64,000 nucleotides of DNA from an uncultured beta proteobacterium (GTDB lineage: Bacteria; Pseudomonadota; Gammaproteobacteria; Burkholderiales; JACQAP01). Below, piece by piece: positions 55,648 through 63,888 of this stretch; positions within the stretch are counted from its first letter, which is position 1, and the number at the start of each line of letters is the position of its first letter. A program made the translations under genes and the position numbers. The stretch covers positions 957,870 through 1,021,869 of the forward strand of contig CAWJWT010000002.1 in assembly GCA_963846655.1 (NCBI GenBank), read 5' to 3'. Under the pieces are notes generated by a model. That model had not been told where the DNA came from. It did not search any database and worked only from the letters and a program-made list of their open reading frames with translations.

Positions 55648-56328
55648 GCGCCTCCCTCAGGATGGGACGAAGTGTGGACGTTGACGACGACCCGCGCCGG
55701 GCGCACCAGCCGCTCGCCCAGCCGGTAGCCGGGGAGGATCTCCTCGACCACCTGGCCGTCGGGCAGGTCCGGCCGGTGCGTCACGCCACAGGCTTCGTGC
55801 CAGCGGTCGTCGAAGGGCAGGCCGCGGGCGGGGATCGCCGCGAGTCCCATGGAATGTTGGAGATTGCGGACGCGGACTTGGAGCAGGCCGAGACCCTCTC
55901 GCAGAGACCGGGGCGTGTCCTCCGGCAGGGCCTCTTGCGGGTCGGGCGGATGCGGGCGGATCGGTCGGGCCGATCGTGTGGGGCGGGTGGCGCGGATGGC
56001 GCGGAGCGAGCGGATCGGGCGCGCCTTCGGCCAGGCGCAGGAGCTGGAGGACCGCCTGGTGGAGCTCCAGGAGCACCCTCAGTTGAGCGGAATTTGGGGC
56101 AGAATTTGTGGCAGAGCCGGGAGCGGCCGGCGGCAGCGGGCGCGCGCTCTCCGGCACCGCCGTGAGCCGCCCGACCGCCTCGTCGACCCGCACCTGGAAC
56201 AGCTCCTGGGCGTGGCCCTGGCGCAGCACCGTCTTGCGCGGCGGCTCGAGGCTCCCGGAGGACGGCGTCGAGGCGGGAATCGGAGGCAGGGGAAGCGAGG
56301 CGGCGGGCGCCGCTTCGTCGAGTCGCAC
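55644..56328 (-). pseudogene. GrpE-like nucleotide-exchange factor, 1-2 frameshifts
   Basis: The C-terminal beta-domain LPFDDRWHEACGVTH...GQVVEEILPGYRLGERLVRPARVVV (ORF 55644..55850) has a 4-nt overlap with the hsp70 start. The N-terminal part is in ORF 55657..56328. Confidence 0.65.
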
Positions 56329-56744
56329 GGCGCAGAGGCGATGATTCCGGGGTCTCCCAAGGCGCTGTTTCTCTCGTCTTAGAATGCCGCACGTGGACTG
56401 TGAATCGAGCTGAACTCGTGCCCACCGGGTACGCCGTCATGGCTTGAGCGAAGTTTACGCGCGGGGCCAGCTGCTTGTCGAGCCCCGGTCTCGACGGCAG
56501 CGATTCCGCAGAGGTGGCCCTCGGGCTCGGCGGCCATTGATTTTGAAGCCGTCCCCGCAAGCGAGCGCTTTCGGCATAGGCCATTTTGGCCGGTTTCGGG
56601 GGCGCTGCCCCCGGGGGTTCGGGATTTTTCGGCAGGCTCAGGGGCAGATTTCGGCCTGGAATTCGTCGAGAGCGAGTCGGCTCCGGCCCGGCAGCAAGGC
56701 CAAGAAGACCAGGAAGTCAGTGCAGTGTTTGGGATGGCAAGGTG

Positions 56745-57953
56745 TCAGGCGGGCGGAGCGCGATTCTCCGCCAGGCTCTGGTAGATCTCACTGGCCAGAC
56801 AGCGGGCGACGTGCTGAGCGTCGTGGTGGCTGCGGTAGGCGGGCTGGAGGTTGCGCCAGTAGAAAGCATAGAAGAGATTGAAGGCCAACAGGGTCATCAG
56901 ACAGAAGACCAGGATGGCAGTGGGCTGGTGCTTGTAGATGTGGTCGCCAGCCCAGCGGTTGGTCGTCTCGTTGAAGCCTTGGTTCTCGATGCTCCAGCGG
57001 GCATGGCCGAGGCTGACGGCCGCCAGAGTGCTGGCGCGGTTGACCGACAGGGTGGTCACCCACACCCAATCTGCGTCCTGATCGCGGAGTTGGCCGTCCA
57101 ACTGGCGACGGGAAGAGGTGGTCTCTCGGCTGCGCACGACGCGCACAGGCCGTTGGACCTGGGGCCAGGTGGTGAAGCCCTGAAGGTCCCAGACCTCTCG
57201 GGTCGTGGGGCCCTCGGTCAAGCGCTGGGGCGCCTGGGTCTCGAACAAGGAGCGGGCATCCACAAGCAAATGGCGGTTTTCGTTCTTTAGGACGGTGAGG
57301 ACGTCTTTGCCATGGTCGAGCAGGAAGTTATAGAGGCGGGGATCGGTGTACAAGGCATCGCCGAGGACCACGTCGAAGGCACGGGGAAAGTTTTTGAGCA
57401 GCCGTTCGAGCAGGCGTAGAGCGGTGGCGATTTCATCCTCCCCCGGTCTTTGGGGCTCGGCATCGAGCAAGAGTGGAAAATCCCCGCCCAGGAGCAGGGC
57501 CACGACATGGCGGTGGTAGTACTGGGTATGCTCTGAGTGAGCCGTGGTAATCGTCCGTTCCAGGCACGCTGGGCAGTGTCGGTGCTCGGTCGAATGCAGC
57601 TCATGGCCATCGAGCACCAAGGGCATCAGCCCGTGCCACGGCGCAGGAAGAGCCTTGTTGCGCTTGAGGTCGCTGTACAGGCTCTGCAGGGCTTTGCGGA
57701 CCGAGTCGGGGTCCATCTGGTCGGCGACTCGGCCGAGCGTGTCGGCACTGGGCAGAGCATTCTTCAAAAAGCGCCGCCAGAACAAGCTCGTGCGCGTCTG
57801 CTCGATGGCATTGAGACTGCCCAAGCGCGTGACGATCATCACCAACAGGCTGCGGACAATGACGGAGGTGGCGATCCGAGGTTGGCGGCGCGCGTCGGTC
57901 ACACCGTTGAGCAGTGCGGCCAACGAGGCGACCTTTTCGGCCCAGGTCAGCAA
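56745..57953 (-). CDS. IS4-family DDE transposase
   Basis: 402 aa, intact: LVLDGHELHS, VLGDALYTD, SLGHARWSIENQGFNETTNRW (Y-x2-R-x3-E-like signature). Confidence 0.85.
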   Translation of the reverse strand: MLTWAEKVASLAALLNGVTDARRQPRIATSVIVRSLLVMIVTRLGSLNAIEQTRTSLFWRRFLKNALPSADTLGRVADQMDPDSVRKALQSLYSDLKRNKALPAPWHGLMPLVLDGHELHSTEHRHCPACLERTITTAHSEHTQYYHRHVVALLLGGDFPLLLDAEPQRPGEDEIATALRLLERLLKNFPRAFDVVLGDALYTDPRLYNFLLDHGKDVLTVLKNENRHLLVDARSLFETQAPQRLTEGPTTREVWDLQGFTTWPQVQRPVRVVRSRETTSSRRQLDGQLRDQDADWVWVTTLSVNRASTLAAVSLGHARWSIENQGFNETTNRWAGDHIYKHQPTAILVFCLMTLLAFNLFYAFYWRNLQPAYRSHHDAQHVARCLASEIYQSLAENRAPPA

Positions 57954-57967
57954 CCGTCGCAGGATGG

Positions 57968-58311
57968 CTAGGGCTCCCGGCGAGACAGCTTGGCCCAGTA
58001 GATCCGGGACAGCTCTTCGAGCAACTCACGGATGCGCTGGTAAGGCTCACCCACTGGCGCGCCTGCGGCTCCAAGGTGCGAGGCACGAAGAGTTGTTGTG
58101 GCTTGCCCTCTTCGCTGACCACCACGTACAGAGCCGCGTGCTTCTCGCCGCGCGCACACCGGCAGCCTGGCTTACCGCAGACCTTCTGGCGCGGATTGAG
58201 AGACGCCCGCAGCAAGCCAGCGCCGCTGAGGAGCTGGACCAGCTCCGAGCGCAGGTGGCGCTCCTCGGGGCTCATGCTCGCGCGGGCGATGCGGGGAGGA
58301 GTACCTGGCAT
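57968..58311 (-). pseudogene. IS accessory ORF (DUF6788-like Cys-cluster protein), one frameshift ~58,040
   Basis: …RQKVCGKPGCRCARGEKHAALYVVVSEEGKPQQLFVPR (ORF 57601..58404) continues as YQRIRELLEELSRIYWAKLSRREP* (ORF 57968..58159). Confidence 0.5.
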
Positions 58312-58928
58312 GCGACAAATATACCAGAATCTCGCGCGCCAAGCACCTCTCTGGCGAATACGAATCTGCTCCCCGGTCTCCTCAGGGAGAAAATTACGCT
58401 TCAACCCAAGACACTACTCGCTTTCCGCAGGTCGCCTACATACGGACTGCGGAACCGCTGTCTCGACGGCTCGACGGAGAGGCTCTCCGTCGCGGTCTTC
58501 CTGCACGGGAGACGGCGGCGCCAACTCCGCCAACCCTCGGGCCCAAATCGGGCGGTCCTTTCGGAAAGTTCTTGGCGACCTCGGCGGCTTCTGCCTGTTT
58601 GTGTCGCCTTGACACTGCCAGCCCCGCGCCCGAGAATGGAGCCAAGTTGCTGGACATGATCGCTCAGTGCCATGAGAGGATCTAGATCCCGGAATACTTC
58701 TCCTCCTGCAGGCGAGGCTGCCGCGCGCTGAGGTGCAGCAGATAGCCGGTACCTGCAGGTCAGTGGGTTGCTTTACGCGATGTGATGAGAGTGCAAGGCA
58801 ATGAACGAGACCCTACGTTCCCTTAGCCTTGGGGCAGTGCATCTCTTTGGAGTGGCTGTCCCAGGGTTCCTTTTGATTTTTCTGGCGGTCACGGGCCTGC
58901 TGGTCCCGGCCGGGCAGCTAAGCTGCCA

Positions 58929-59090
58929 GTGAGTGGCGACGTCGATGACATCGACGACGACGTCGCGCGCCTGCTCGCCCACGGCGCCGAGCTGGTCGGC
59001 GAAGTGGTGCGATGCGAGGACACGTATCGGCTCGCCTATGTCCGTGGCCCCGAGGGCGTCCTCATCGCACTTGCCGAACAGCTCGGGTAA
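58929..59090 (+). pseudogene. C-terminal fragment of a VOC/glyoxalase-family gene
   Basis: My own translation gives (V)SGDVDDIDDDVARLLAHGAELVGEVVRCEDTYRLAYVRGPEGVLIALAEQLG*. There is no N-terminal half upstream. Confidence 0.55.
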
Positions 59091-59122
59091 GAGGCTTCCG
59101 CAGGGGCGCCGAGGAGAATGCT

Positions 59123-59560
59123 ATGATGTCGAGTAACGCACACCCAAAGTCGATCATCACCAAGGGTTTTTTGGTTTGCCGGCGCATTCAACGTCATTGG
59201 CGTCCTGGTCTTCTCGAAGTTCTTTACCAACACGTTGCTTTCTTCACTCGACCCCGTCGTCTGTTCCTGGCTTGGCCTGGTGTCTGTCATGCTTTGGGGG
59301 TTTGCCTATTGTTCGGTCGCCAAGTCCTACCAATCCGTGCCCTATCTGCTGTTGGTTTTCTTCGTCGAAAAGATGATTTACACCATCACATGGGCCAGGT
59401 GGCTCATCGAGAACGGGAGCACGCTGCCGGCGCTTTTTTCCGAGTCTGCGCTCACTGCCACGTTTTTCTCGATCTATGGTCCGGGTACGTTTCTTTGGCC
59501 TGTTCTTCCTCTGGGTGGCGATCAAGGGCCTCCCGGAAAGGCGCACCCGCCTGACGAAAC
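59123..59560 (+). pseudogene. small multi-pass membrane protein, 2 frameshifts
   Basis: MMSSNAHPKSIITKGFL | (T6 run 59,167-59,172) | AGAFNVIGVLVFSKFFTNTLLSSLDPVVCSWLGLVSVMLWGFAYCSVA...IYGPG | FGLFFLWVAIKG. The 3' end is uncertain. Confidence 0.5.
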
Positions 59561-59757
59561 GGGGCCAGGGCCGATCGGCCTTGGGCCGAGGATTGAGCGG
59601 GCCGACTTGCGGCGGACATGCCCTGCCCGGCCGGCGTACCGCCCGCCGGCCGCTTCCACCTGCCGCCGCGCCCGTCGCGAAACCTCCCTGCGCCCGCCCC
59701 GTAGACCCGATATCTGCAGCCGGCGCCCCGCCCCGGGGCGCCGGGCGATGAGTCGAG

Positions 59758-60748
59758 GTGATGGCGACGGTGACCAAGGAGCGTGCGACCGGCCGGGACG
59801 TGATCCTCGCCATCGGCGAGAACATGCGCAGCAGCCTCGAGCCGCTGGTGACCAAGGTCATCGCGCCCAGCCGCTACCAGGTCTATCTCCACGGCGACGA
59901 CTACGACCGCCTGCGCACCCTCTTCGGCGAGCTGGAGTCCGAGGCCCGGCGCCACCTCGATTCCGAGGAGCGCTGCGCGAAGTTCAATCGCAACAACCAG
60001 CCGGTGCTCAAGCGGCTGGTGCCGGTGATCCGCCGCCGGGGGGGTGCCGCGGCGCAGGCCGCCGCCGAGCCCGACCCCGCCGCCGCGGCCGCCGCGCCGC
60101 GCTACGTCAGCGCCGAGGGCTCCTGGACCGTGCGCTTCCAGGAGGACCCGGACGGCCGGCTGCAGCCGGGCGACATCCAGGTGGTGTCCGAGTTCGCCCA
60201 GCCGGTGGCGAAGGGGTACGGCGCCGGCTCGCTCACCCGGCGCATCTCGACCACCCGCCGCCAGGGGGCGCCGCTCAAGGTCGAGATGCGCACCGAGGAG
60301 GTCGCCGCCGGCTCCCAGGCGGCGGCGACGGCGCCGCGCCCGGCTCCCACCGTGCAGGTCGAGGCCGGCCCGGCGCCGGCGCCGGCGACGGCCTACGCCC
60401 GCATCGGCTTCCGCGACGACCGCGGGCCGCAAGACGTTCTGGGTGACCAAGGACGAAGTGGTGATCGGACGCGAGGCCGCCGACGTCTGGGTCGACCTGC
60501 GCCTCGAGACCTCGCTCGACGTCTCGCGCGAGCACGCCCGGCTGCAGCGCACGCCGGCCGGCACCTTTCGCCTCAAGGACCTGAGCAAGCTGGGGACGAC
60601 GGTCAACGGCGCGGCGGTGCCGTCAAGCCTCGAGTCGACCGGCGGCGGCGTGCGCGACCTCGATGTCTGGGTCGACCTGCCCGACCGCGTCCGCATCGGC
60701 CTCGCCGGCGTCGTCTTCCTCGACTTCGAGAGGCTGGCGGCGCCGTGA
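59758..60748 (+). pseudogene. FhaA-like protein (DUF3662-like N-terminus + C-terminal FHA domain), one frameshift ~60,425
   Basis: The N-terminal part is in ORF 59758... The FHA domain, in ORF 60044..60748, reads FWVTKDEVVIGREAADVWVDLRLETSLDVSREHARLQRTPAGTFRLKDLSKLGTTVNG. Confidence 0.7.
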
Positions 60749-60786
60749 GCGCGGGAGACGCGATCGCGGCTTTGCTGCGGCCCGCG
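60741..60786. repeat. direct repeat a (copy 1)
   Basis: cgccgtgagcgcgggagacgcgatcgcggctttgctgcggcccgcg matches 63,196-63,240. Confidence 0.8.
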
Positions 60787-60902
60787 ACGGCTGGCGACCT
60801 GCCGGCCCCGTTCCTCCTCGGCCCGAAGACCGCTGCCCGCGCTCGACGGTCTGCCACAATCGGCGACGAGGGCGAGTGGGTCCACGACCGGAGGCGAGCC
60901 TC

Positions 60903-61091
60903 ATGCAGGCAGTCAGATTCGTCCACTGGCAGGAACAGGGCTTCTGGCTCGGCTACCTCCCGGACTATCCGGATTACCTGACCCAGGCGAAGACGCCGGA
61001 AGAGCTGCGGGAGAACCTCCAGGATCTCTATCGCGACCTCACGAGCGGGGAGATTCCGGGCAGCCGGAAGATCAACGAGTTGATCGTATGA
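60903..61091 (+). CDS. HicB-like (UPF0150) antitoxin, no HicA partner seen
   Basis: 62 aa with FVHWQEQGFWLGYLPDYPDYLTQAKTPEELRENLQDLY. Confidence 0.6.
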   Translation: MQAVRFVHWQEQGFWLGYLPDYPDYLTQAKTPEELRENLQDLYRDLTSGEIPGSRKINELIV

Positions 61092-61098
61092 GAACCCC

Positions 61099-61218
61099 AT
61101 GGCCGAGCTGATCCAAGCCCGCTCCGTGCTCGCTGTCCGTGACCTCGTGGCAGCGGTCGGCTTCTACACGCGGGTCCTCGGCATGTCGATCGCCGCGGCC
61201 GGCCCCCGGGCCGGATAG
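61099..61218 (+). pseudogene. N-terminal fragment of a VOC/glyoxalase-family gene
   Basis: MAELIQARSVLAVRDLVAAVGFYTRVLGMSIAAAGPRAG*. It breaks off exactly at direct repeat b. Confidence 0.5.
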
Positions 61219-61241
61219 TGAGGCGGCTGGCACCTGTTTCG
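61211..61241. repeat. direct repeat b (copy 1)
   Basis: ccggatagtgaggcggctggcacctgtttcgg matches 62,768-62,799 with one internal mismatch. Confidence 0.85.
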
Positions 61242-61285
61242 GCCCTTGGAGCCAGACGGCTCTTGAGAGTAAAATCGCCCCTGCC

Positions 61286-61510
61286 ATGCAAGTCTCCCTC
61301 GAGCTGCCCGACGTCCTCGTCTCCGTCGATCCCCGCGAGCTGAAAGAGGCGCTCGTCGCTACGCTCTACCATGCGGGCAAGCTGACCGAACGACAGGCTC
61401 GGGAGGCCTTGGGCATGACCCGGCGCGCTTTCGAGGAGATGCTTCCCCGTTTCGGCCTCTCCATTCTCGTCGACAGCCAGGAGAATCTCGAGATCGAGCT
61501 GAGAGCTTGA
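61286..61510 (+). CDS. UPF0175-family antitoxin
   Basis: 74 aa with LVATLYHAGKLTERQAREALGMTRRAFEEMLPRFGLSI. Confidence 0.75.
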   Translation: MQVSLELPDVLVSVDPRELKEALVATLYHAGKLTERQAREALGMTRRAFEEMLPRFGLSILVDSQENLEIELRA

Positions 61511-62008
61511 CGAGCGCGCGCGAGACGGTGAGTGACACGGGCCCTCTGATCACCCTGGAAAAGCTCAGCGACGGCTACCGCTTCATCCGGCTTCTTTACG
61601 ACAAGATCATCGTTCCACGCGCCGTGCTCGACGAGTTGGCCGAAGGCCAGTTCGCCACTTCTCAGGCCTACCTGGAGCACTACGGGATCATGGATCTTGT
61701 GGAGGTCGTGGAGCTCCGCGGTGATTTGGAGGTACCTGGGGCCGAGCTCTTGGATGCCGGCGAACGCGCGGCGATCCAATCTGCGCTGGAACGAGGGCTG
61801 CCTCTGCTGATCGAAGAGGAGGCCGGACGACGGTGCGCCCTGAGTCTGGGCCTCCACATCTCCGGTATCGCAGGCCAGGTCTTCAAAGCTTTCCAGGCCG
61901 GCTTCATCCCCGGCGACGAGGCCCGGCACAAGATCAGCCCTGGCGGCGGCGCAGGGAGCGCAGCACGTGGACAACCCCGCCCAGGCTCCGATGAAGGACG
62001 GGGAATAG
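61507..62008 (+). pseudogene. DUF3368-family (PIN-like) toxin, probable frameshift ~61,935
   Basis: VSDTGPLITLEKLSDGYRFIRLLYDKIIVPRAVLDELAEG. It has a 4-nt overlap with the antitoxin. A family-typical length is only reached by switching frame to ...ALAAAQGAQHVDNPAQAPMKDGE*. Confidence 0.65.
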
Positions 62009-62091
62009 GACTCGCGAGAGCGGCAGTGGGTCCTCGGCCGGCGACCCTCGGCAGTCGTCGCGCCCCATGGAGCCTCCACCAGGGCCCGCGC

Positions 62092-62385
62092 TCACGCCGC
62101 CGATTCGAGGTTTTCCCGCAGGATCCGGGGATGGCGCGCAGCGATCCTCAGGAGGGCGACGGCAGATCCTTCCGGCTGGCGGCGGCCTTGCTCCCAGTTG
62201 CGGAGCGTGTGAACGCTGATACCCATGGCCTCGGCGAACCGGGTCTGCGTAAGCCCCACGAAACGACGTAGCGCCGCGATGTCTGCGCCGGACTCGAATT
62301 GTCCGAGCATCAGACGGTTGCGGAGGCGTGCAGGGATCGCACGGGCGAAGTCTCGATCGGTGAGCTCAGGGATGTCGTCGGTCAT
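62092..62385 (-). CDS. brnA: BrnA-like antitoxin (XRE-type HTH)
   Basis: 97 aa with LRRFVGLTQTRFAEAMGISVHTLRNWEQGRRQP. It has a 4-nt overlap with brnT. Confidence 0.75.
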   Translation of the reverse strand: MTDDIPELTDRDFARAIPARLRNRLMLGQFESGADIAALRRFVGLTQTRFAEAMGISVHTLRNWEQGRRQPEGSAVALLRIAARHPRILRENLESAA

Positions 62386-62672
62386 CGACTTTCGTCCATG
62401 TAGGAGTGGTAAAGAGCCTGCTCGCGTTGGTTCGCCCAACGAGCACCGATAATGCGCATCGTCTGTTCGTCGCGCGCGGTCCAGACGACGAGAACCAGAC
62501 CACGGACAATGGGGCCGATCGCGAGGAAGCGATCCTCGTCGAGGGAATGGTCCTCATCGAAGATTTCGAGATAGTCGTTGCCGGTGGCGAACAACTCCCG
62601 TGCTTCCTCGAACGAGATGCCATGCTTCTGCCGGTTTGCGGCATTCTTGGCCTGGTCCCATTCCACCCTCAC
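62382..62672 (-). CDS. brnT: BrnT-family (DUF497) toxin
   Basis: GTG start. VRVEWDQAKNAANRQKHGISFEEARELF...LVLVVWTARDEQTMRIIGARWANQRE. Confidence 0.75.
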   Translation of the reverse strand: MRVEWDQAKNAANRQKHGISFEEARELFATGNDYLEIFDEDHSLDEDRFLAIGPIVRGLVLVVWTARDEQTMRIIGARWANQREQALYHSYMDESR

Positions 62673-62767
62673 CCAGACGAGTTTGAACGGGGAGCTCTGC
62701 CAAGTCAATGGCTTAGTTCGCCATCCGCCAGTGCCCGGCCTTCGAGGTGGTGGAGCGCGGGCGAGGA

Positions 62768-62799
62768 TCGGATAGCGAGGCGGCTGGCACCTGTTTCGG
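62768..62799. repeat. direct repeat b (copy 2)
   Basis: tcggatagcgaggcggctggcacctgtttcgg, 1,557 bp from copy 1. Confidence 0.85.
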
Positions 62800-62919
62800 G
62801 CCGACGTGCCCCGCGGCCTCGAAGCGAGCGTGGCCATCGCCTGACGTCGCCGGCGGAGTCGAGTCGACGACCTTTCAGCCGGCGGCGGCGCGCGCAGCCG
62901 CCGGCTGGCGGTCGCCGCA

Positions 62920-63225
62920 CCGTGATTGCGTCTCTCCGCCGCGGATTGTGTCTCTCGCCGGGGCGTTGCGTCTCCAGCCGAGGCAACACCGCTCGCCGCG
63001 ACGCAAACACGCCAATCTGGCGGGAAAACCCCTCAGCTTGTGTCTCATTGTGTCTCTCGCGCCGCTGGAGACACAACCAGCGGGGGAGAGACGCAATCCT
63101 CGGACGGGCGACGCAACCCGCTGCCGAGAGACGCAATGCGCCCGCGAGAGACGCGAAGTCCGCCGCGGGAGACGCCAGCCGGGCGTGGCGGAGGCCGCCG
63201 TGCTGCGGGAGACGCAATCCCGGCT
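62920..63225. repeat. convergent iteron-like arrays (~20-21-bp period, core GAGAGACGCAAT)
   Basis: Forward ATTG(C/T)GTCTC at 62,924, 62,944, 62,965, 63,038 and 63,047. Reverse (G)GAGAC(G/A)CAA at 63,067, 63,086, 63,108, 63,126, 63,146, 63,167 and 63,207. Central palindrome TTGTGTCTC-N11-GAGACACAA. Confidence 0.85.
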
Positions 63226-63240
63226 TTGCTGCGGCCCGCG
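63196..63240. repeat. direct repeat a (copy 2)
   Basis: cgccgtgctgcgggagacgcaatcccggctttgctgcggcccgcg. It contains the last iteron-like core. Confidence 0.8.
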
Positions 63241-63290
63241 GCGGCGGGGGAGGAACGAAGCTGCGTCCGCTCGGCTCAGCTTCCGGCGGC

Positions 63291-63429
63291 GCGACCCGCC
63301 GGACCCGGACTGTACGACCGGATCCGGCGGGACTTCAGGGAGGGCTCAATCCGGCTGTCGAACGGCGAGGATCCGGCCGATCTGGGCGAGCGCCGCCGGG
63401 GCCGGCCGGCGCAGCAGCTCGGCGAGCCC
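63291..63429. repeat. direct repeat c (copy 1, ~140 bp)
   Basis: gcgacccgccggacccggactgtacgaccggatccggcgggacttcagggagggctcaatccggctgtcg...gcgcagcagctcggcgagccc. It contains a 13-bp-stem hairpin and the 3' end of a minus-strand reading frame. Confidence 0.9.
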
Positions 63430-63673
63430 GCCCTGCCTCGAGCTGGTCCAGCAGCTGATTCATCTTGTCGGGATCGATCCCCGGCTGGAGGCCATTGACG
63501 AAGGCGCGGATCCGAAACCGCGGCGGCTTGACGGGCTTGGCGGTCATGCCGAGACCGAGGCGGAGGGCCTCGTTCACCGTAGCCTTCATGCCTTTGCCGC
63601 TGAGCCGGGCGGCGCGCTCGAGCTGCTCGGCTACGTCGGCCTCGAGAGTGAGGGTCGTCCGCATGGGAGACAT
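63335..63673 (-). CDS. ribbon-helix-helix (VapB-like) antitoxin, orphan, 3' end fused into repeat c
   Basis: MSPMRTTLTLEADVAEQLERAARLSGKGMKATVNEALRLGLG...GIDPDKMNQLLDQLE, then a reading of the repeat (AGRARRAAAPAGP...). No PIN gene lies downstream. Confidence 0.6.
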   Translation of the reverse strand: MSPMRTTLTLEADVAEQLERAARLSGKGMKATVNEALRLGLGMTAKPVKPPRFRIRAFVNGLQPGIDPDKMNQLLDQLEAGRARRAAAPAGPGGARPDRPDPRRSTAGLSPP

Positions 63674-63748
63674 CTTGATGCCTCCGCAGGTTGACGTCAA
63701 GATGATCGCCTTTGAGCGCGCGGGTCTGAAGTGTACCCGGCCTCGCCA

Positions 63749-63888
63749 GGCGACCCGCCGGACCCGGACTGTACGACCGGATCCGGCGGGACTTCAGGGA
63801 GGGCTCAATCCGGCTGTCGGGCGGCGAGGATCCGGCCGATCTGGGCGAGCGCCCCGGGGCCGGCCGCGCGCAGCAGCTCGGCGAGCCC
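63749..63888. repeat. direct repeat c (copy 2)
   Basis: Near-identical to 63,291-63,429. Here it is the genuine 3' end plus terminator hairpin of the partial gene at the window edge. Confidence 0.9.

Larger units (their letters stand above)
56722..58417. mobile_element. IS4-family insertion sequence (boundaries approximate)
   Basis: Intact DDE transposase plus an upstream small ORF. Candidate imperfect IRs are gcagtgtttgggatggcaag (56,722-56,741) and the reverse complement of cttcaacccaagacactac (58,399-58,417), with ~15/20 matching. GC is visibly lower than in the flanks. Confidence 0.6.

Noticed and set aside
53813-56328. Interpretation of grpE-hsp70 as the housekeeping dnaK operon.
   Set aside because: A 2.3-kb unknown gene separates hsp70 from the J-like gene. 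The J-like protein is only 115 aa, lacks HPD and has no Zn-finger or C-terminal domains. The Hsp70 has an atypical insertion and lid. This rejection rests on sequence features only, not on phylogeny.
61221-61241. Sigma-54 promoter inside direct repeat b (cTGGCACctgttTCGG), present at both copies.
   Set aside because: The -24 element is good, but the -12 element reads TCGG instead of TTGC. The conserved GC dinucleotide is missing, so the case is too weak to call.
62920-63225. CRISPR array interpretation of the 20-bp periodic motif arrays, and of the TCACG word arrays.
   Set aside because: The period is far too short, with no spacers of ~30 bp. The repeats are degenerate, the two halves are inverted, and no cas genes are present in the window.
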